DNA of 64,000 bases. It comes from Oscillospiraceae bacterium (lineage in GTDB: Bacteria; Bacillota; Clostridia; Oscillospirales; CAG-272). Below the pieces are notes generated by a model, which worked only from the letters and a program-made list of their open reading frames with translations, ran no database searches and was not told the DNA's origin. Below, piece by piece: positions 47,554 through 57,555 of the stretch (position 1 is its first letter; each line of letters opens with the position of its first letter). Position numbers and translations under genes: made by a program. The stretch covers positions 2,883-66,882 of the forward strand of contig SVRJ01000007.1 of assembly GCA_015064885.1 (NCBI GenBank), read 5' to 3'.

Positions 47554-48786
47554 TTATTTAACGTCTTCTGTCTTAAAAGCCTTTGCTCTTACCTTTATAG
47601 GAAGACCGAAAAGGTTGATAAATCCTGCGGCATCAGCCTGATTGTATACGTTGTCCTCGTCAAACGTAGCAATTTCGGGATTGTAGAGCGAATACGGAGA
47701 AGTAACTCCCGCGTTTATCATATTGCCCTTGTAGAGCTTGAGTGTAACGTCTCCCGTAACAGTTTCCTGAGTCTTGTCAACGAAAGCGGAGAGGGATTCG
47801 CGGAGCATTGTAAACCACTGACCGTTGTATACAAGCTCTGCAAACTTAACCCCGACGAGCTCCTTGTAGTGCTGAGTTTCCTTGTCGAGACAGATGGTCT
47901 CGAGGACCTTGTGAGCGCGGTAGAGAATTGTTCCGCCGGGTGTTTCGTAAACGCCGCGCGACTTCATACCTACAAGTCTGTTTTCAACGAGATCCGCAAG
48001 TCCTATACCGTTTTCGCCGCCGAGCTTGTTGAGAAGAGTAATGAGTTCCACTGCGGACATTTTCTCTCCGTTTACCGCTGTAGGAACGCCCTTTTCGAAA
48101 TGAATGGTAACGTAAGTCGGCTTGTCGGGAGCCATCTCGGGAGAAACGCTCATTTCAAGGAAGCCGGGCTTATTATACTGAGGCTCGTTTGCGGGATCCT
48201 CAAGATCGAGTCCCTCGTGAGAAAGATGCCAGAGGTTCTTATCCTTTGAATAGTTGGTCTCGCGATTTATCTTGAGGGGAATGTTGTGCGCTTCAGCGTA
48301 ATCTATCTCCTCTTCACGAGATTTGATATCCCATTCGCGCCAGGGAGCTATGATCGCCATATCGGGTGCAAATGCCTTGATCGTAAGCTCAAAGCGAACC
48401 TGGTCGTTGCCCTTACCCGTGCAGCCGTGACAAATAGCGTCTGCGCCTTCCTTAAGTGCAACCTCAACTATTTTCTTTGCAATGATAGGACGGGCAAAGG
48501 ATGTTCCGAGAAGGTAATCACCCTCGTATACCGCACCGGCCTTAAGTGTGGGATATATATAATCTGTGATGAACTCTTCCTTCATGTCGAGAATATAAAG
48601 CTTGGAAGCGCCCGTCTTTATAGCCTTTTCTTCAAGACCGTCGAGCTCCGTGCCCTGACCGACGTCCGCAGAAACCGCGATCACCTCACAGTTGTTGTAA
48701 TTTTCCTTAAGCCACGGAATGATGATAGAGGTATCAAGTCCGCCGGAATATGCAAGTACTACTTTTTTGATGTCTGCTTTGTTCAT
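47554..48786 (-). CDS. argG: Argininosuccinate synthase
   Basis: [30 protein letters not shown]. Confidence 0.97.
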   Translation of the reverse strand: MNKADIKKVVLAYSGGLDTSIIIPWLKENYNNCEVIAVSADVGQGTELDGLEEKAIKTGASKLYILDMKEEFITDYIYPTLKAGAVYEGDYLLGTSFARPIIAKKIVEVALKEGADAICHGCTGKGNDQVRFELTIKAFAPDMAIIAPWREWDIKSREEEIDYAEAHNIPLKINRETNYSKDKNLWHLSHEGLDLEDPANEPQYNKPGFLEMSVSPEMAPDKPTYVTIHFEKGVPTAVNGEKMSAVELITLLNKLGGENGIGLADLVENRLVGMKSRGVYETPGGTILYRAHKVLETICLDKETQHYKELVGVKFAELVYNGQWFTMLRESLSAFVDKTQETVTGDVTLKLYKGNMINAGVTSPYSLYNPEIATFDEDNVYNQADAAGFINLFGLPIKVRAKAFKTEDVK

Positions 48787-48826
48787 TATCGTTTTCCTCC
48801 GTAGATGGATTGTTTTTTGAATGATG

Positions 48827-48861
48827 TGTATAATTATACAACAAAACTATCCATTTGTCAA
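48827..48861 (-). promoter_or_regulatory. arg operon sigmaA promoter with an ARG box over the -10
   Basis: TTGACA-17-TATAAT; perfect palindrome TGTATAATTATACA at 48827-48840 matches the ArgR/AhrC consensus. Confidence 0.8.
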
Positions 48862-48954
48862 TAGCCTTTTTAACATTTCTCTTTATTTATAATAAAAATC
48901 TACAAAATCAATAGAATTCTTGTATAAAAGAAGGGATTCATTGTGCAATAGATA

Positions 48955-48990
48955 TGTATATTTATGCATAATCTGATGCATAAATATGCA
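48955..48990. promoter_or_regulatory. Tandem upstream ARG boxes
   Basis: TGTATATTTATGCA (48955-48968) and TGCATAAATATGCA (48977-48990). Confidence 0.75.
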
Positions 48991-49075
48991 ATGCATGCAT
49001 AATAGCAATTTATCTGTTTTCTTTGCCGGATATAATACGGAAGGAAAGTAAGATAAGCCTCTAAAAGCGTGGCAG

Positions 49076-49109
49076 AAAAAAGGAGAGACTCGCACGCAAG
49101 CCTCTCCTT
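49076..49109 (-). terminator. Intrinsic terminator of the SBP gene
   Basis: AAGGAGAG...CTCTCCTT followed by a T run on the minus strand. Confidence 0.7.
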
Positions 49110-49138
49110 AATGATAGATATTTTAAATAAGTGTTATA

Positions 49139-50707
49139 TCAGGACTTGGGGGTGGGCTTAAGTGTGTCTGTAAGCTTCCAAAAATCGTTGGAGGCAGTAA
49201 GAACGCCCTGCTCGAAAAGTCTCTTGAGCATCTGTGCCTTTGTTGTCCATTTCTGAGACTTAGCGACCGCGCTCGACCATTCGTCCGCAATACCGAAGTC
49301 AATGCTTATGACCTCTGTAAAGAAGCGTCCGATATCGAAGGATGTGGTTCTTCTTATGATCTCAAAGCTTGCTGCATCCTCGGGGAACTCCGAGTATCTA
49401 CCCTTAAAGAGTGACTCGAATATAACCTCTGTTGTCTCCTGCTGGGCAAGATAACCCATATATTCGATCACGGCTGCGGCAATGACCTCCCTGTCATAGT
49501 CAACAGTATCTGCGGAAATACCCCAAAGCGTAAGCGGGTTGCCCGCAACACACTTGTAATCCGCCTGTGCGAGATCGTACTTCGGAATGGGAAGAACACC
49601 GTATCTCATATCGTTGTTTTCTGAGTCGTGTATCTTCTGAATATCACGTACACGGGTAACTATTGAAAGGTCCTTGTCCTTTGTGAAATTCCATCCGGAA
49701 TCGCTGTCGTTGCATGCATTGTTGCTTGCAAGAAGATCACCGAGTGTGTCTGCAAGGTCTATAGACTTCTGACCTATATAATCGCTTGATATTGTGATGA
49801 GCTTTCCTGCTTCTGTTGCAGAATTGTCTACTGTAAGATACTGAAGATCCGATCCCGTATAGAACGCGTCGAAATGGTAGTTGTAGGATCTGAGTCCGAA
49901 TCCGTCCTCAGTAGACTTGACTCCGTTTTCATCCGCATCGAGCCAGTAGCTTCCGATGAGCTTGTACATTTCTTCAAGTGTCCACTTGTTTTCCTCAACG
50001 AGCTTATAGAGGCTTTCTTCGGTGTAGCCTATGTCGGGATTATCCTTGAGCACGTCCTTGTTGAATATAAAGCCGTATGTCATATAAAGAAGGTTTGTTG
50101 AAATGTCTCCGGATACGTAATACGTATTACCCTTGATGTTTGTTTCGGCAACAAGAGCATCGGGATACCATGAGTTGTTGAGATTTATGTATTCGGGGTA
50201 GTAGTTTACGGGGAGAAGGTGTCCCTTCTGAGAGAGCACCGCAGCAGTTCTGGAATATACCGCCATTATATCAAAGGGTATACCGCCGTCAGCCTGCATT
50301 TCAACGTACTTAAGAACCTCGGGAGAGAGAGAAGCGCCGTCTGTATGCTCTGTGAAAACGAGTGTAACACCGAGAGCATCCTGAAGCTTCATATTTCTCG
50401 AATAAATAGCGTCAAGTAAAGGCTCGCCGCCCGAGAGCTCGGATTTGTTTACTTCAAATTCCGGGTGCTCGCTGTCCCAGCAGAGTATGTTGACAGTTTC
50501 ACCGTTGTAGGAACTCTTGAATGCGCTAACGTCGAAAAGAACGTCCTTTTCTGAATCGTCGGGGTTGGTCGTAACGCCTGCGGGGGCGGTTGTTGTATCC
50601 GAAGGAGTTGTGACATCGTCTCCGCCCTTATCGCCGGTGCAGGCAGAAAGAACAGAGAGAAGCATTGTCAAAATGATAACAAAAGATAGAATTTTTTTGA
50701 TGTTCAT
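49139..50707 (-). CDS. Orphan ABC extracellular solute-binding lipoprotein (carbohydrate-SBP-like)
   Basis: Lipobox LSAC, T/P linker, FIFNKD, KWTLEEM, D.DENG, YGVLPIPKYD; monocistronic with no adjacent permease or ATPase. Confidence 0.85.
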   Translation of the reverse strand: MNIKKILSFVIILTMLLSVLSACTGDKGGDDVTTPSDTTTAPAGVTTNPDDSEKDVLFDVSAFKSSYNGETVNILCWDSEHPEFEVNKSELSGGEPLLDAIYSRNMKLQDALGVTLVFTEHTDGASLSPEVLKYVEMQADGGIPFDIMAVYSRTAAVLSQKGHLLPVNYYPEYINLNNSWYPDALVAETNIKGNTYYVSGDISTNLLYMTYGFIFNKDVLKDNPDIGYTEESLYKLVEENKWTLEEMYKLIGSYWLDADENGVKSTEDGFGLRSYNYHFDAFYTGSDLQYLTVDNSATEAGKLITISSDYIGQKSIDLADTLGDLLASNNACNDSDSGWNFTKDKDLSIVTRVRDIQKIHDSENNDMRYGVLPIPKYDLAQADYKCVAGNPLTLWGISADTVDYDREVIAAAVIEYMGYLAQQETTEVIFESLFKGRYSEFPEDAASFEIIRRTTSFDIGRFFTEVISIDFGIADEWSSAVAKSQKWTTKAQMLKRLFEQGVLTASNDFWKLTDTLKPTPKS

Positions 50708-50740
50708 AAAACAAGCCTTTCTTGATTTTTTAAGATAGTC

Positions 50741-50791
50741 ATACTGATTTTCAGTATACTACATTATAACATGAAGAAAGGCTTTTGTCAA
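50741..50791 (-). promoter_or_regulatory. sigmaA promoter of the SBP gene plus a 7-3-7 palindrome at the start site
   Basis: TTGACA-17-TATAAT (50763-50791); ATACTGA-TTT-TCAGTAT (50741-50757). Confidence 0.65.
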
Positions 50792-50997
50792 GTTTTTTTT
50801 GCTTTTTTTAGAGAACAAAAAAACAAACTTCTGTTTGGCACCCGGAAAATCTGAAATACTATAAAAGATATACAGGAGTTATTTGCGTGAATGAAGTATA
50901 ATATAGCAGAGTATTGTGATATTTGCACAATTAAAGATTCTGATGCTATTTTCTTATTGAAAATAATCACAAACTTCAAAAAACTCTGAAAAAGTGC

Positions 50998-51026
50998 TTG
51001 ACAAACCGACTTGAATGTGGTATAAT
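50998..51026 (+). promoter_or_regulatory. Strong sigmaA promoter of the tRNA pair
   Basis: TTGACA-17-TATAAT with TG extension. Confidence 0.85.
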
Positions 51027-51062
51027 ATATAACGTTGTGAGGGGCACCTCAAAACAGACAAT

Positions 51063-51137
51063 GCTGGTGTGGCTCAATGGCAGAGCAGCTGATTTGTAAT
51101 CAGCAGGTTGTTGGTTCGACTCCGATCACCAGCTCCA
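51063..51137 (+). tRNA. tRNA-Thr (anticodon TGT)
   Basis: Acceptor GCTGGTG/CACCAGC, anticodon arm GCTGA-TTTGTAA-TCAGC, TTCGA loop, encoded CCA. Confidence 0.95.
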
Positions 51138-51141
51138 ATAC

Positions 51142-51226
51142 GGGAGCGTTCCCGAGCGGCCAAAGGGGGCAGACTGTAAATCTGTTGTCACTGACTTCGG
51201 TGGTCCGAATCCACCCGCTCCCACCA
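51142..51226 (+). tRNA. tRNA-Tyr (anticodon GTA)
   Basis: Acceptor GGGAGCG/CGCTCCC, GCAGA-CTGTAAA-TCTGT, long variable arm, encoded CCA; T-loop reads TCCGAAT. Confidence 0.93.
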
Positions 51227-51262
51227 AAATCCGAAAGCAAAAGCTTTCGGATTTTTTGTTTT
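51226..51262 (+). terminator. Terminator after the tRNAs
   Basis: AAAATCCGAAAGC-AAAA-GCTTTCGGATTTTTT. Confidence 0.85.
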
Positions 51263-51345
51263 ATCGAGAAAATATTTTTCTTGACAAATCCACCCCCGTG
51301 TGTTATAATTAAAGCACAAGCAACTGCCATAGGGAGGATACTGCC

Positions 51346-52026
51346 GTGAAGCTTTTATTTTTGGGTACCGGTGCTGCGGATTGGCCGCTTAAAAAGAAAG
51401 AGGGGATGACAGAGTTCCGCAGACTTTCATCACTTCTTATAGATGACGTTTTGCTTATAGATCCGGGACCGCAGGTCCTTGAAGCTCTGCTTGAGTACGG
51501 CAAGGACGCCTCAAATATAAAATATATTATAAATACCCACAAGCACAGCGATCACTTTAATATAGGAACGCTTGAAAAGCTTGAAGAGCTTGGTGCTGAG
51601 TTCCTTGAATTTGCCGATGGGGAAGAGAAAACGGTAGGAGACTATACGGTAAGAGCATATAGCGGAAACCACTCCACATGCAAGGGAACTGTGCATTTTG
51701 TTATATCCGACCGAGAGCGCACCCTCTTTTACGGTCTTGACGGTGCATGGCTCCTCTGCGACGAGGTAAAGGCTATCCAAAAATACACACCCGACCTTGC
51801 TGTTCTGGATGCAACAATAGGCTTTGTGGACGGAGATTACCGTGTATTTGAGCATAACAACCTGAACATGGTCCTCGAGATGAAAAAGTCTCTCGATAAA
51901 TACGTTGGCAGGTTCTGTATCAGCCATATGGCACGCACCCTGCATACAGACCATAAAACGCTCAGCGAAGCTATGGACAAATATGGCGTTCTGGCTGCCC
52001 GGGACGGATTGGAGATCGAAATATAA
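51346..52026 (+). CDS. Metallo-beta-lactamase-fold hydrolase (PhnP/RNase Z-like)
   Basis: FLGTGAAD, LIDPG, THKHSDH, H and D ligands; GTG start after GGAGG; own promoter at about 51281-51309. Confidence 0.82.
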   Translation: MKLLFLGTGAADWPLKKKEGMTEFRRLSSLLIDDVLLIDPGPQVLEALLEYGKDASNIKYIINTHKHSDHFNIGTLEKLEELGAEFLEFADGEEKTVGDYTVRAYSGNHSTCKGTVHFVISDRERTLFYGLDGAWLLCDEVKAIQKYTPDLAVLDATIGFVDGDYRVFEHNNLNMVLEMKKSLDKYVGRFCISHMARTLHTDHKTLSEAMDKYGVLAARDGLEIEI

Positions 52027-52064
52027 TATCTATATCAAATTTGTTATATATGAAGGAGATAAAC

Positions 52065-52619
52065 ATGAAGAAAACGCTGATAAACGTTATTGTTGCAGCG
52101 GTAGTCTCTTTGGCGGTCTTTTGTATTATTTCTTTGATACTTGCTGCAATTATCGAAAGTGCGGATAACAGCTTTGCAGAGAATCTTATTCTTTCGCTTG
52201 TATCCGTCGCAATATATACGTTTTCTCTCATTTATATATCCGACGTGCGTAACGGTAATGGAGAGGACGACGTCTTTTGCGATTACAGAGATGGCAAAGG
52301 GTTTGCATTTCTTGCTGACTTAAAGCTCGTAGTGAGCCGAAAGAGAACTACCATCATTACCGTATTTGCCGTTGTGCTTATATGCTTTGCTTCAAATCTC
52401 GTTTACTTTGAAGCTTTTAAAGCCGAAAGAGCCTTTCCGCTTGCTATGCTTTTTTCTGTTCTTACCTCTTTTCAGGCCTTCTTTCCCATAGCTTCTTGCG
52501 GATACTTTCTTAATTTTCTCGGCCATGTGATAAGTGCGGTAGTGATGACCTCCTCTTATATTCTTGCATTGGTATTTTACCGTAAACACATCCTTGTAAA
52601 AGTAAAAAACAAACTATAA
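52065..52619 (+). CDS. Hypothetical multi-pass membrane protein
   Basis: RBS AAGGAG; four to five hydrophobic segments; no family recognised. Confidence 0.65.
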   Translation: MKKTLINVIVAAVVSLAVFCIISLILAAIIESADNSFAENLILSLVSVAIYTFSLIYISDVRNGNGEDDVFCDYRDGKGFAFLADLKLVVSRKRTTIITVFAVVLICFASNLVYFEAFKAERAFPLAMLFSVLTSFQAFFPIASCGYFLNFLGHVISAVVMTSSYILALVFYRKHILVKVKNKL

Positions 52620-52661
52620 AAATAAGCGATTACACACCGCGAAAAGTGTGTTGCATAATGA

Positions 52662-52907
52662 ATGATCATAATGATAGAGTACTGTTTCGGAGACCGTTAT
52701 CTTTTTGGAAGGCGAGTGTCCTTTGACGAGCTTAAAGAACAGCTTTATACAATTGAAAAGAAGTATGACAGAAAAACGGATGACTTTGTTTCACTGCTTT
52801 GTATGACGTATTCGTGGCAAGAGATAGTATGGAGCCGTGTTAAAGGCTTTGATTATATCTATGACAGAGATACGGGTTTGCTGCTCAGAAAAGTTCCGGA
52901 CACTTAA
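52662..52907 (+). CDS. Small hypothetical protein
   Basis: 81-aa ORF filling the gap in a co-directional run; start uncertain. Confidence 0.5.
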   Translation: MIIMIEYCFGDRYLFGRRVSFDELKEQLYTIEKKYDRKTDDFVSLLCMTYSWQEIVWSRVKGFDYIYDRDTGLLLRKVPDT

Positions 52908-52932
52908 CAATACGGGAAGGTGATGATATTTT

Positions 52933-53496
52933 ATGGCACGTTTTGAATATCTGATGAAAGACGAATTTGATACTGTGGAACAAAAGATATTCGACATTCT
53001 CGCCGATAATATGACGCTGATTGCCCCGAGTGGGGAAAGCAGGGACGAGGACCACAGAACGTGGTATTCCGCTGTCAGAGAAGGACTTAAAGCTGAGCAA
53101 AGAAAAATAGTACTTATAAAAGAAAATAATACGGATAATATCATAGGATTTTTTCAGTATTACGTTAATTTTGAAACCTTTATGATGGAGGAGATACAGA
53201 TAATTCCCGAGTGTTGGGGCAAAGACAGTATATTCCGGGACCTTTACGGCTTTGTACTTTCTCATATCGAAGTACCCCCTCATTACGTTTCTGCATATGC
53301 TAATAAAAGTAATGAAAAGTCAGTATCCATTCTCCGCCATCTCGGACTTGAAATCGTGGGAGAAAATAAAAACGGAAACAGCTATAAGCTCAGAGGAGAT
53401 TTTTCAGCCCTTGTTATATGGTATCGATCAAGAATAGAAAACGGAGTTGTTACCGAGCAAGAGCTTAAACCGAGAAAGATCCGGAATATAAAATAA
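52933..53496 (+). CDS. GNAT-family N-acetyltransferase
   Basis: IIGFFQY, IIPECWGK, N.KS..IL..LG pattern. Confidence 0.65.
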   Translation: MARFEYLMKDEFDTVEQKIFDILADNMTLIAPSGESRDEDHRTWYSAVREGLKAEQRKIVLIKENNTDNIIGFFQYYVNFETFMMEEIQIIPECWGKDSIFRDLYGFVLSHIEVPPHYVSAYANKSNEKSVSILRHLGLEIVGENKNGNSYKLRGDFSALVIWYRSRIENGVVTEQELKPRKIRNIK

Positions 53497-53507
53497 TGGA
53501 GAAAAAT

Positions 53508-54824
53508 ATGAAAAGAAAAGTATATACCTCTATCGAAGAATTCAAAGAGCAAAACGAATACCTGAATACAAATCTGCCTATAAGTGAAAGTGCAGCTGTA
53601 CTCGGCGAAAATGTTATTGTAGGAAAAAAAACTGTCCGTAACCGACTTGTGTGTCAGCCCATGGAGGGATGTGACGGTACCGCTGACGGAAGGCCGGGAG
53701 AAAAAACGGTACGCCGATATATCCGTTTTGCAGAAGGAGGTGCGGGTCTTATATGGTTTGAAGCTACTGCATGTACGGAAGAAGGAAGGGCAAATCCGAG
53801 ACAGCTTTGGCTCACCGAAAAAAATATAGATTCTTTTAAGAGTATAGTTGACACTATACGCGAGACCTGCCTTAAAAAGAACGGATACGCGCCGATAATT
53901 ATTATGCAGAACACACATTCGGGAAGATACAGTAAGCCCGAGGGAAAGCCTGCTCCGATAATAGCATACAATAACCCGATATTTGAAAAGGATTCTCCTA
54001 TAGATAAGGAGTGTATAATTACCGACGACGGTATCGACAGAGTAAAGGATATGCTTATATCTACCGCGGTTCTTGCCGAAAAGGCGGGCTTTGACGGTGT
54101 TGATATCAAGTGCTGTCACAGATATCTGAATTCCGAGCTTCTTTCAGCCTATAACAGAGAGGGAAGATACGGCGGAAGCCTTGAAAACCGCACCCGCCTT
54201 CTCAGAGAAGCGGTCGCAGGGGCAAAAGCATCCTGCTCAAGTGACTTTATCGTTACCTCAAGACTCAATGTATACGATGGATTTGAATATCCGTACGGCT
54301 TTGGTGTTTCAAGGGATGGTGGGCTTGATTTTGATATAACAGAGCCCGTATGGCTCCTTAAAGAGCTTTACTCACTCGGAGTTGAGCTTGTAGATATAAC
54401 TATGGGTAACCCGTATTTTAATCCGCACGTAAACAGACCGTTTGCTATAGGACCTTACTCCCCCGAGGAGCATCCTCTGTGCGGAGTTGCAAGAATGCTC
54501 AAAGGAACCGCAAGGCTTAAAGCTGAGGTGCCGGATATGAAGATAGTTGCTTCGGGACTCTCCTTTCTTGGCGTTGCCGCGCCTAACGTTGCTTCCGCTT
54601 ATATAGAAAACGGTGGATTTGATCTTGCCGGATTCGGAAGGACGAGCTTTGCTTACCCTGAATTTGCGGCGGATATAGTAAATGACGGTTGCATGAAAAA
54701 GGATAAGATATGCATATGCTGCTCAAAGTGCAGCGAGATAATGCGCGGAGGGGATACACCCGGATGCGTTATACGCGATCCCATGTATACAGAGCTTTAT
54801 AAAGATTTCAAAAACAGAACGTAA
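53508..54824 (+). CDS. NADH:flavin oxidoreductase (Old Yellow Enzyme family) with a C-terminal Fe-S motif
   Basis: NRLVCQPM, GGAGLIWFE, HSGR, AGFDGVDIKCCHRYL, YGGSLENR, CICCSKC..C. Confidence 0.85.
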   Translation: MKRKVYTSIEEFKEQNEYLNTNLPISESAAVLGENVIVGKKTVRNRLVCQPMEGCDGTADGRPGEKTVRRYIRFAEGGAGLIWFEATACTEEGRANPRQLWLTEKNIDSFKSIVDTIRETCLKKNGYAPIIIMQNTHSGRYSKPEGKPAPIIAYNNPIFEKDSPIDKECIITDDGIDRVKDMLISTAVLAEKAGFDGVDIKCCHRYLNSELLSAYNREGRYGGSLENRTRLLREAVAGAKASCSSDFIVTSRLNVYDGFEYPYGFGVSRDGGLDFDITEPVWLLKELYSLGVELVDITMGNPYFNPHVNRPFAIGPYSPEEHPLCGVARMLKGTARLKAEVPDMKIVASGLSFLGVAAPNVASAYIENGGFDLAGFGRTSFAYPEFAADIVNDGCMKKDKICICCSKCSEIMRGGDTPGCVIRDPMYTELYKDFKNRT

Positions 54825-54843
54825 CTTTCCGGGAGGCTAAGAT

Positions 54844-55593
54844 ATGAAGAACGCAATAGTTACCGGCTGCCTGGGCGGAATAGGGAAGGCAGTCACCGAA
54901 AAATTTCTCGCGGAAGGATATTCTGTTTGCGGAATGAGCCGTTCCGCTAAGGACAAGGCAGATGCTCTCATATCTCATGAGAATTTCACCTTCGTTTCAG
55001 GTGACGTCTCCGATAGAGAGGCAAGAGAGCTCCTTATAAAAACCGCAATCGAAAGGTACGGTAGAATAGACGTTCTCGTAAACGTTGCCGGGGTCGCACC
55101 TAAAGTTCGCGCGGATATCCTCGAGATGAGTGAGGAAAGCTACGATCTTGTCATGAATATAAATACCAAGGGTATGCTTTTTCTCACGCAGGCAGTTTCT
55201 AATATAATGAAAGAAAATGAATTAACAGGAGAGATACGCGGTCATATATGTAATATTTCCTCACTTTCTGCGTATACCAGCTCAACCAGCCGAGGCGAAT
55301 ACTGTATATCAAAGGCAGGCGTATCCATGATAACAAAGCTCTTTGCGGATAGACTGGCCGAATACGGTATTCCCGTAAACGAGGTAAGGCCGGGCATAAT
55401 CGAGACGGGAATGACCGAAAAGGTAAAGGAAAAATACGATACACTTATTGAAGGAGGCCTTCTCCCGATCAAAAGATGGGGAAAGCCCGAAGACGTAGCA
55501 TCAGCGGTATACGCTCTTTGCTCGGGAGCGCTTCCGTACGTTACGGGTCAGTCGCTCGACGTTGACGGAGGCTTCCATATAAGAAGACTTTGA
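54844..55593 (+). CDS. Short-chain dehydrogenase/reductase
   Basis: TGCLGGIG, NVAG, YCISK, RPGII, DGG. Confidence 0.9.
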   Translation: MKNAIVTGCLGGIGKAVTEKFLAEGYSVCGMSRSAKDKADALISHENFTFVSGDVSDREARELLIKTAIERYGRIDVLVNVAGVAPKVRADILEMSEESYDLVMNINTKGMLFLTQAVSNIMKENELTGEIRGHICNISSLSAYTSSTSRGEYCISKAGVSMITKLFADRLAEYGIPVNEVRPGIIETGMTEKVKEKYDTLIEGGLLPIKRWGKPEDVASAVYALCSGALPYVTGQSLDVDGGFHIRRL

Positions 55594-55617
55594 CTTTTTA
55601 AATTACGGAGATTCAAA

Positions 55618-57525
55618 ATGGAGATAAGAACTTACGACACCGTAGTCATTGGTAGCGGTGCCGCAGGCTACAGTGCCGCATCAAGAATAAAAAGTGATGG
55701 AAGAAAAAGCGTTTGTATAGTTACCGAGGGAAAGAATAAAGGTACTTCGCGAAATACCGGAAGTGATAAGCAGACATACTATAAACTCGGTCTTGGCGGA
55801 AGCGCATCCGACAGCGTGCGAAATATGGCGAGTGACCTTTTTTTGTGCGGATGTACCGACGGAGACAATGCACTTTGCGAGGCTGCTCTCTCTGCGCGCT
55901 GCTTCTACGAGCTTTGCGAAAACGGAGTGCCTTTCCCGAGCAACAGATACGGAGAATATATAGGATATAAGACAGATCACGATCCCTGTGCAAGGGCAAC
56001 CTCAGCAGGGCCTCTTACTTCAAAATATATGACAGAGGCGCTTGAGAAAAGATCCGAGCTTCTCGGAGTCGACGTCTTTGACGGTCTTATGGCGATAGAA
56101 ATACTTAAAAACGCTGATTCCGTATGCGGAGTGCTCTGCGTTGACGTAAATACGGGTGAGCTTTCGGTGTTTAAATGCAGCTTTGCGATCATGGCTACGG
56201 GCGGACCCGCAGGAATATATGCCGATAGCGTATATCCCGAGAGCCAGAGCGGAAGCACCGGACTTGCGCTGAACGCAGGGGTGTCCCTTCAGAATATGAC
56301 CGAATGGCAATACGGACTCGCCTCGCTTTCACCGAGATGGAACGTTTCCGGAACGTATATGCAGGTGCTTCCCAGATTCGTCTCGATGGACGCGGAGGGG
56401 CGTGAATATGAGTTCTTGGCTGATTTTTTTGATGATGAATATCAGGCTCTTTCCATGGTCTTCCTTAAAGGCTATCAGTGGCCCTTCGATATAAAAAAGG
56501 TCGCGTGCGGTTCATCGGTGATAGATCTGCTCGTATACAGGGAGACTGTTATGAGGCATAGACGCGTCTACCTCGACTATACAAGAAATCCCTTCGCTCT
56601 GGAAAAAATAGAATATGAAAAATTAAGCGACGAGGCGTACGCATATCTTTCAAGAGCGGATGCGCTTTTAGGAAGGCCGATAGACCGTCTCGCTAAAATG
56701 AATATGCCCGCAATAGAGCTTTACGCAGGAAAGGGCGTTGACCTGGAAAAAGAATATCTTGAGATCGCGCTTTGCGCTCAGCACAGTAACGGAGGCGTTT
56801 CGGTAGACGCATGGTGGCAGACAGCTGTCAAGGGTCTCTTCGCGATAGGAGAGTGTGCGGGGACTCACGGAATTACAAGACCCGGAGGAAGCGCGCTCAA
56901 CTCGGGTCAGGTCGGGGCACTCAGGGCATCGCAGCGTATTATCGCTTCAAACAAAGCGGAAATATCGGATGACGTATTTCTTGCCGTGCTTAAAGAAGCT
57001 GAGGAAAGAAATCTGAGCTTTATAGATTCGGCTATGCAAAATGCTGACAACACCGATGCGGCCCTTATTAATATACAAAAGCGAATGAGTGAGTGTGGGG
57101 CGGCAATACGGAATACGGATATGATGAAAGAATTGCTTACATACGTCAGCGAGGAAATTTCGACCTTCTCTTCAAAATACGGCATTAAGGATAAGAAAAG
57201 CGTATGGAGGATATACCGGCTGAGAGATATACTTACAGTACAGATCGCCGTGCTCGCTTCTATGATAGAGTATGCACAGAACGTCGGTTCATCGAGAGGC
57301 TCCGCACTTTATACCGACAGGCACGGAACTCTTCCGAATACGCTTCCGGAAATATTCAGATCCACCTTTGATGACTCAAAGACGCAAAAGGATCTCGTGC
57401 GCGAGGTCAGACTTGACGGAATAACCCCTATGATCACCGTAAGACCGGTAAGGCCGATTCCGGATGAGGACGAGGTGTTCGAGAAGGTATGGAAAGGCTA
57501 CAGAGAAAATCAAAATATATTTTAG
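55618..57525 (+). CDS. FAD-binding protein of the SdhA/FrdA/NadB flavoprotein superfamily
   Basis: IGSGAAG, ATGG, QHSNGG, GLFAIGE, HGITRPGGSAL. Confidence 0.82.
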   Translation: MEIRTYDTVVIGSGAAGYSAASRIKSDGRKSVCIVTEGKNKGTSRNTGSDKQTYYKLGLGGSASDSVRNMASDLFLCGCTDGDNALCEAALSARCFYELCENGVPFPSNRYGEYIGYKTDHDPCARATSAGPLTSKYMTEALEKRSELLGVDVFDGLMAIEILKNADSVCGVLCVDVNTGELSVFKCSFAIMATGGPAGIYADSVYPESQSGSTGLALNAGVSLQNMTEWQYGLASLSPRWNVSGTYMQVLPRFVSMDAEGREYEFLADFFDDEYQALSMVFLKGYQWPFDIKKVACGSSVIDLLVYRETVMRHRRVYLDYTRNPFALEKIEYEKLSDEAYAYLSRADALLGRPIDRLAKMNMPAIELYAGKGVDLEKEYLEIALCAQHSNGGVSVDAWWQTAVKGLFAIGECAGTHGITRPGGSALNSGQVGALRASQRIIASNKAEISDDVFLAVLKEAEERNLSFIDSAMQNADNTDAALINIQKRMSECGAAIRNTDMMKELLTYVSEEISTFSSKYGIKDKKSVWRIYRLRDILTVQIAVLASMIEYAQNVGSSRGSALYTDRHGTLPNTLPEIFRSTFDDSKTQKDLVREVRLDGITPMITVRPVRPIPDEDEVFEKVWKGYRENQNIF

Positions 57526-57555
57526 TTCAAAAAAAACGGAGATAAAAAGATAAAA

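Noticed and set aside
50713-50785. AAGCCTTTCTT / AAGAAAGGCTT inverted repeat as an RBS-sequestering structure
   Set aside because: One arm lies in the promoter spacer, upstream of the predicted start site, so it would not be in the transcript.
51063-53496. Possible genomic island integrated at the tRNAs
   Set aside because: No integrase, transposase or duplicated tRNA 3' end seen, and a normal terminator follows the tRNAs.
53508-54824. OYE as bilirubin reductase BilR or BaiCD/BaiH
   Set aside because: No HGDR motif, no C-terminal FAD/NAD domain, and no bil or bai gene context.
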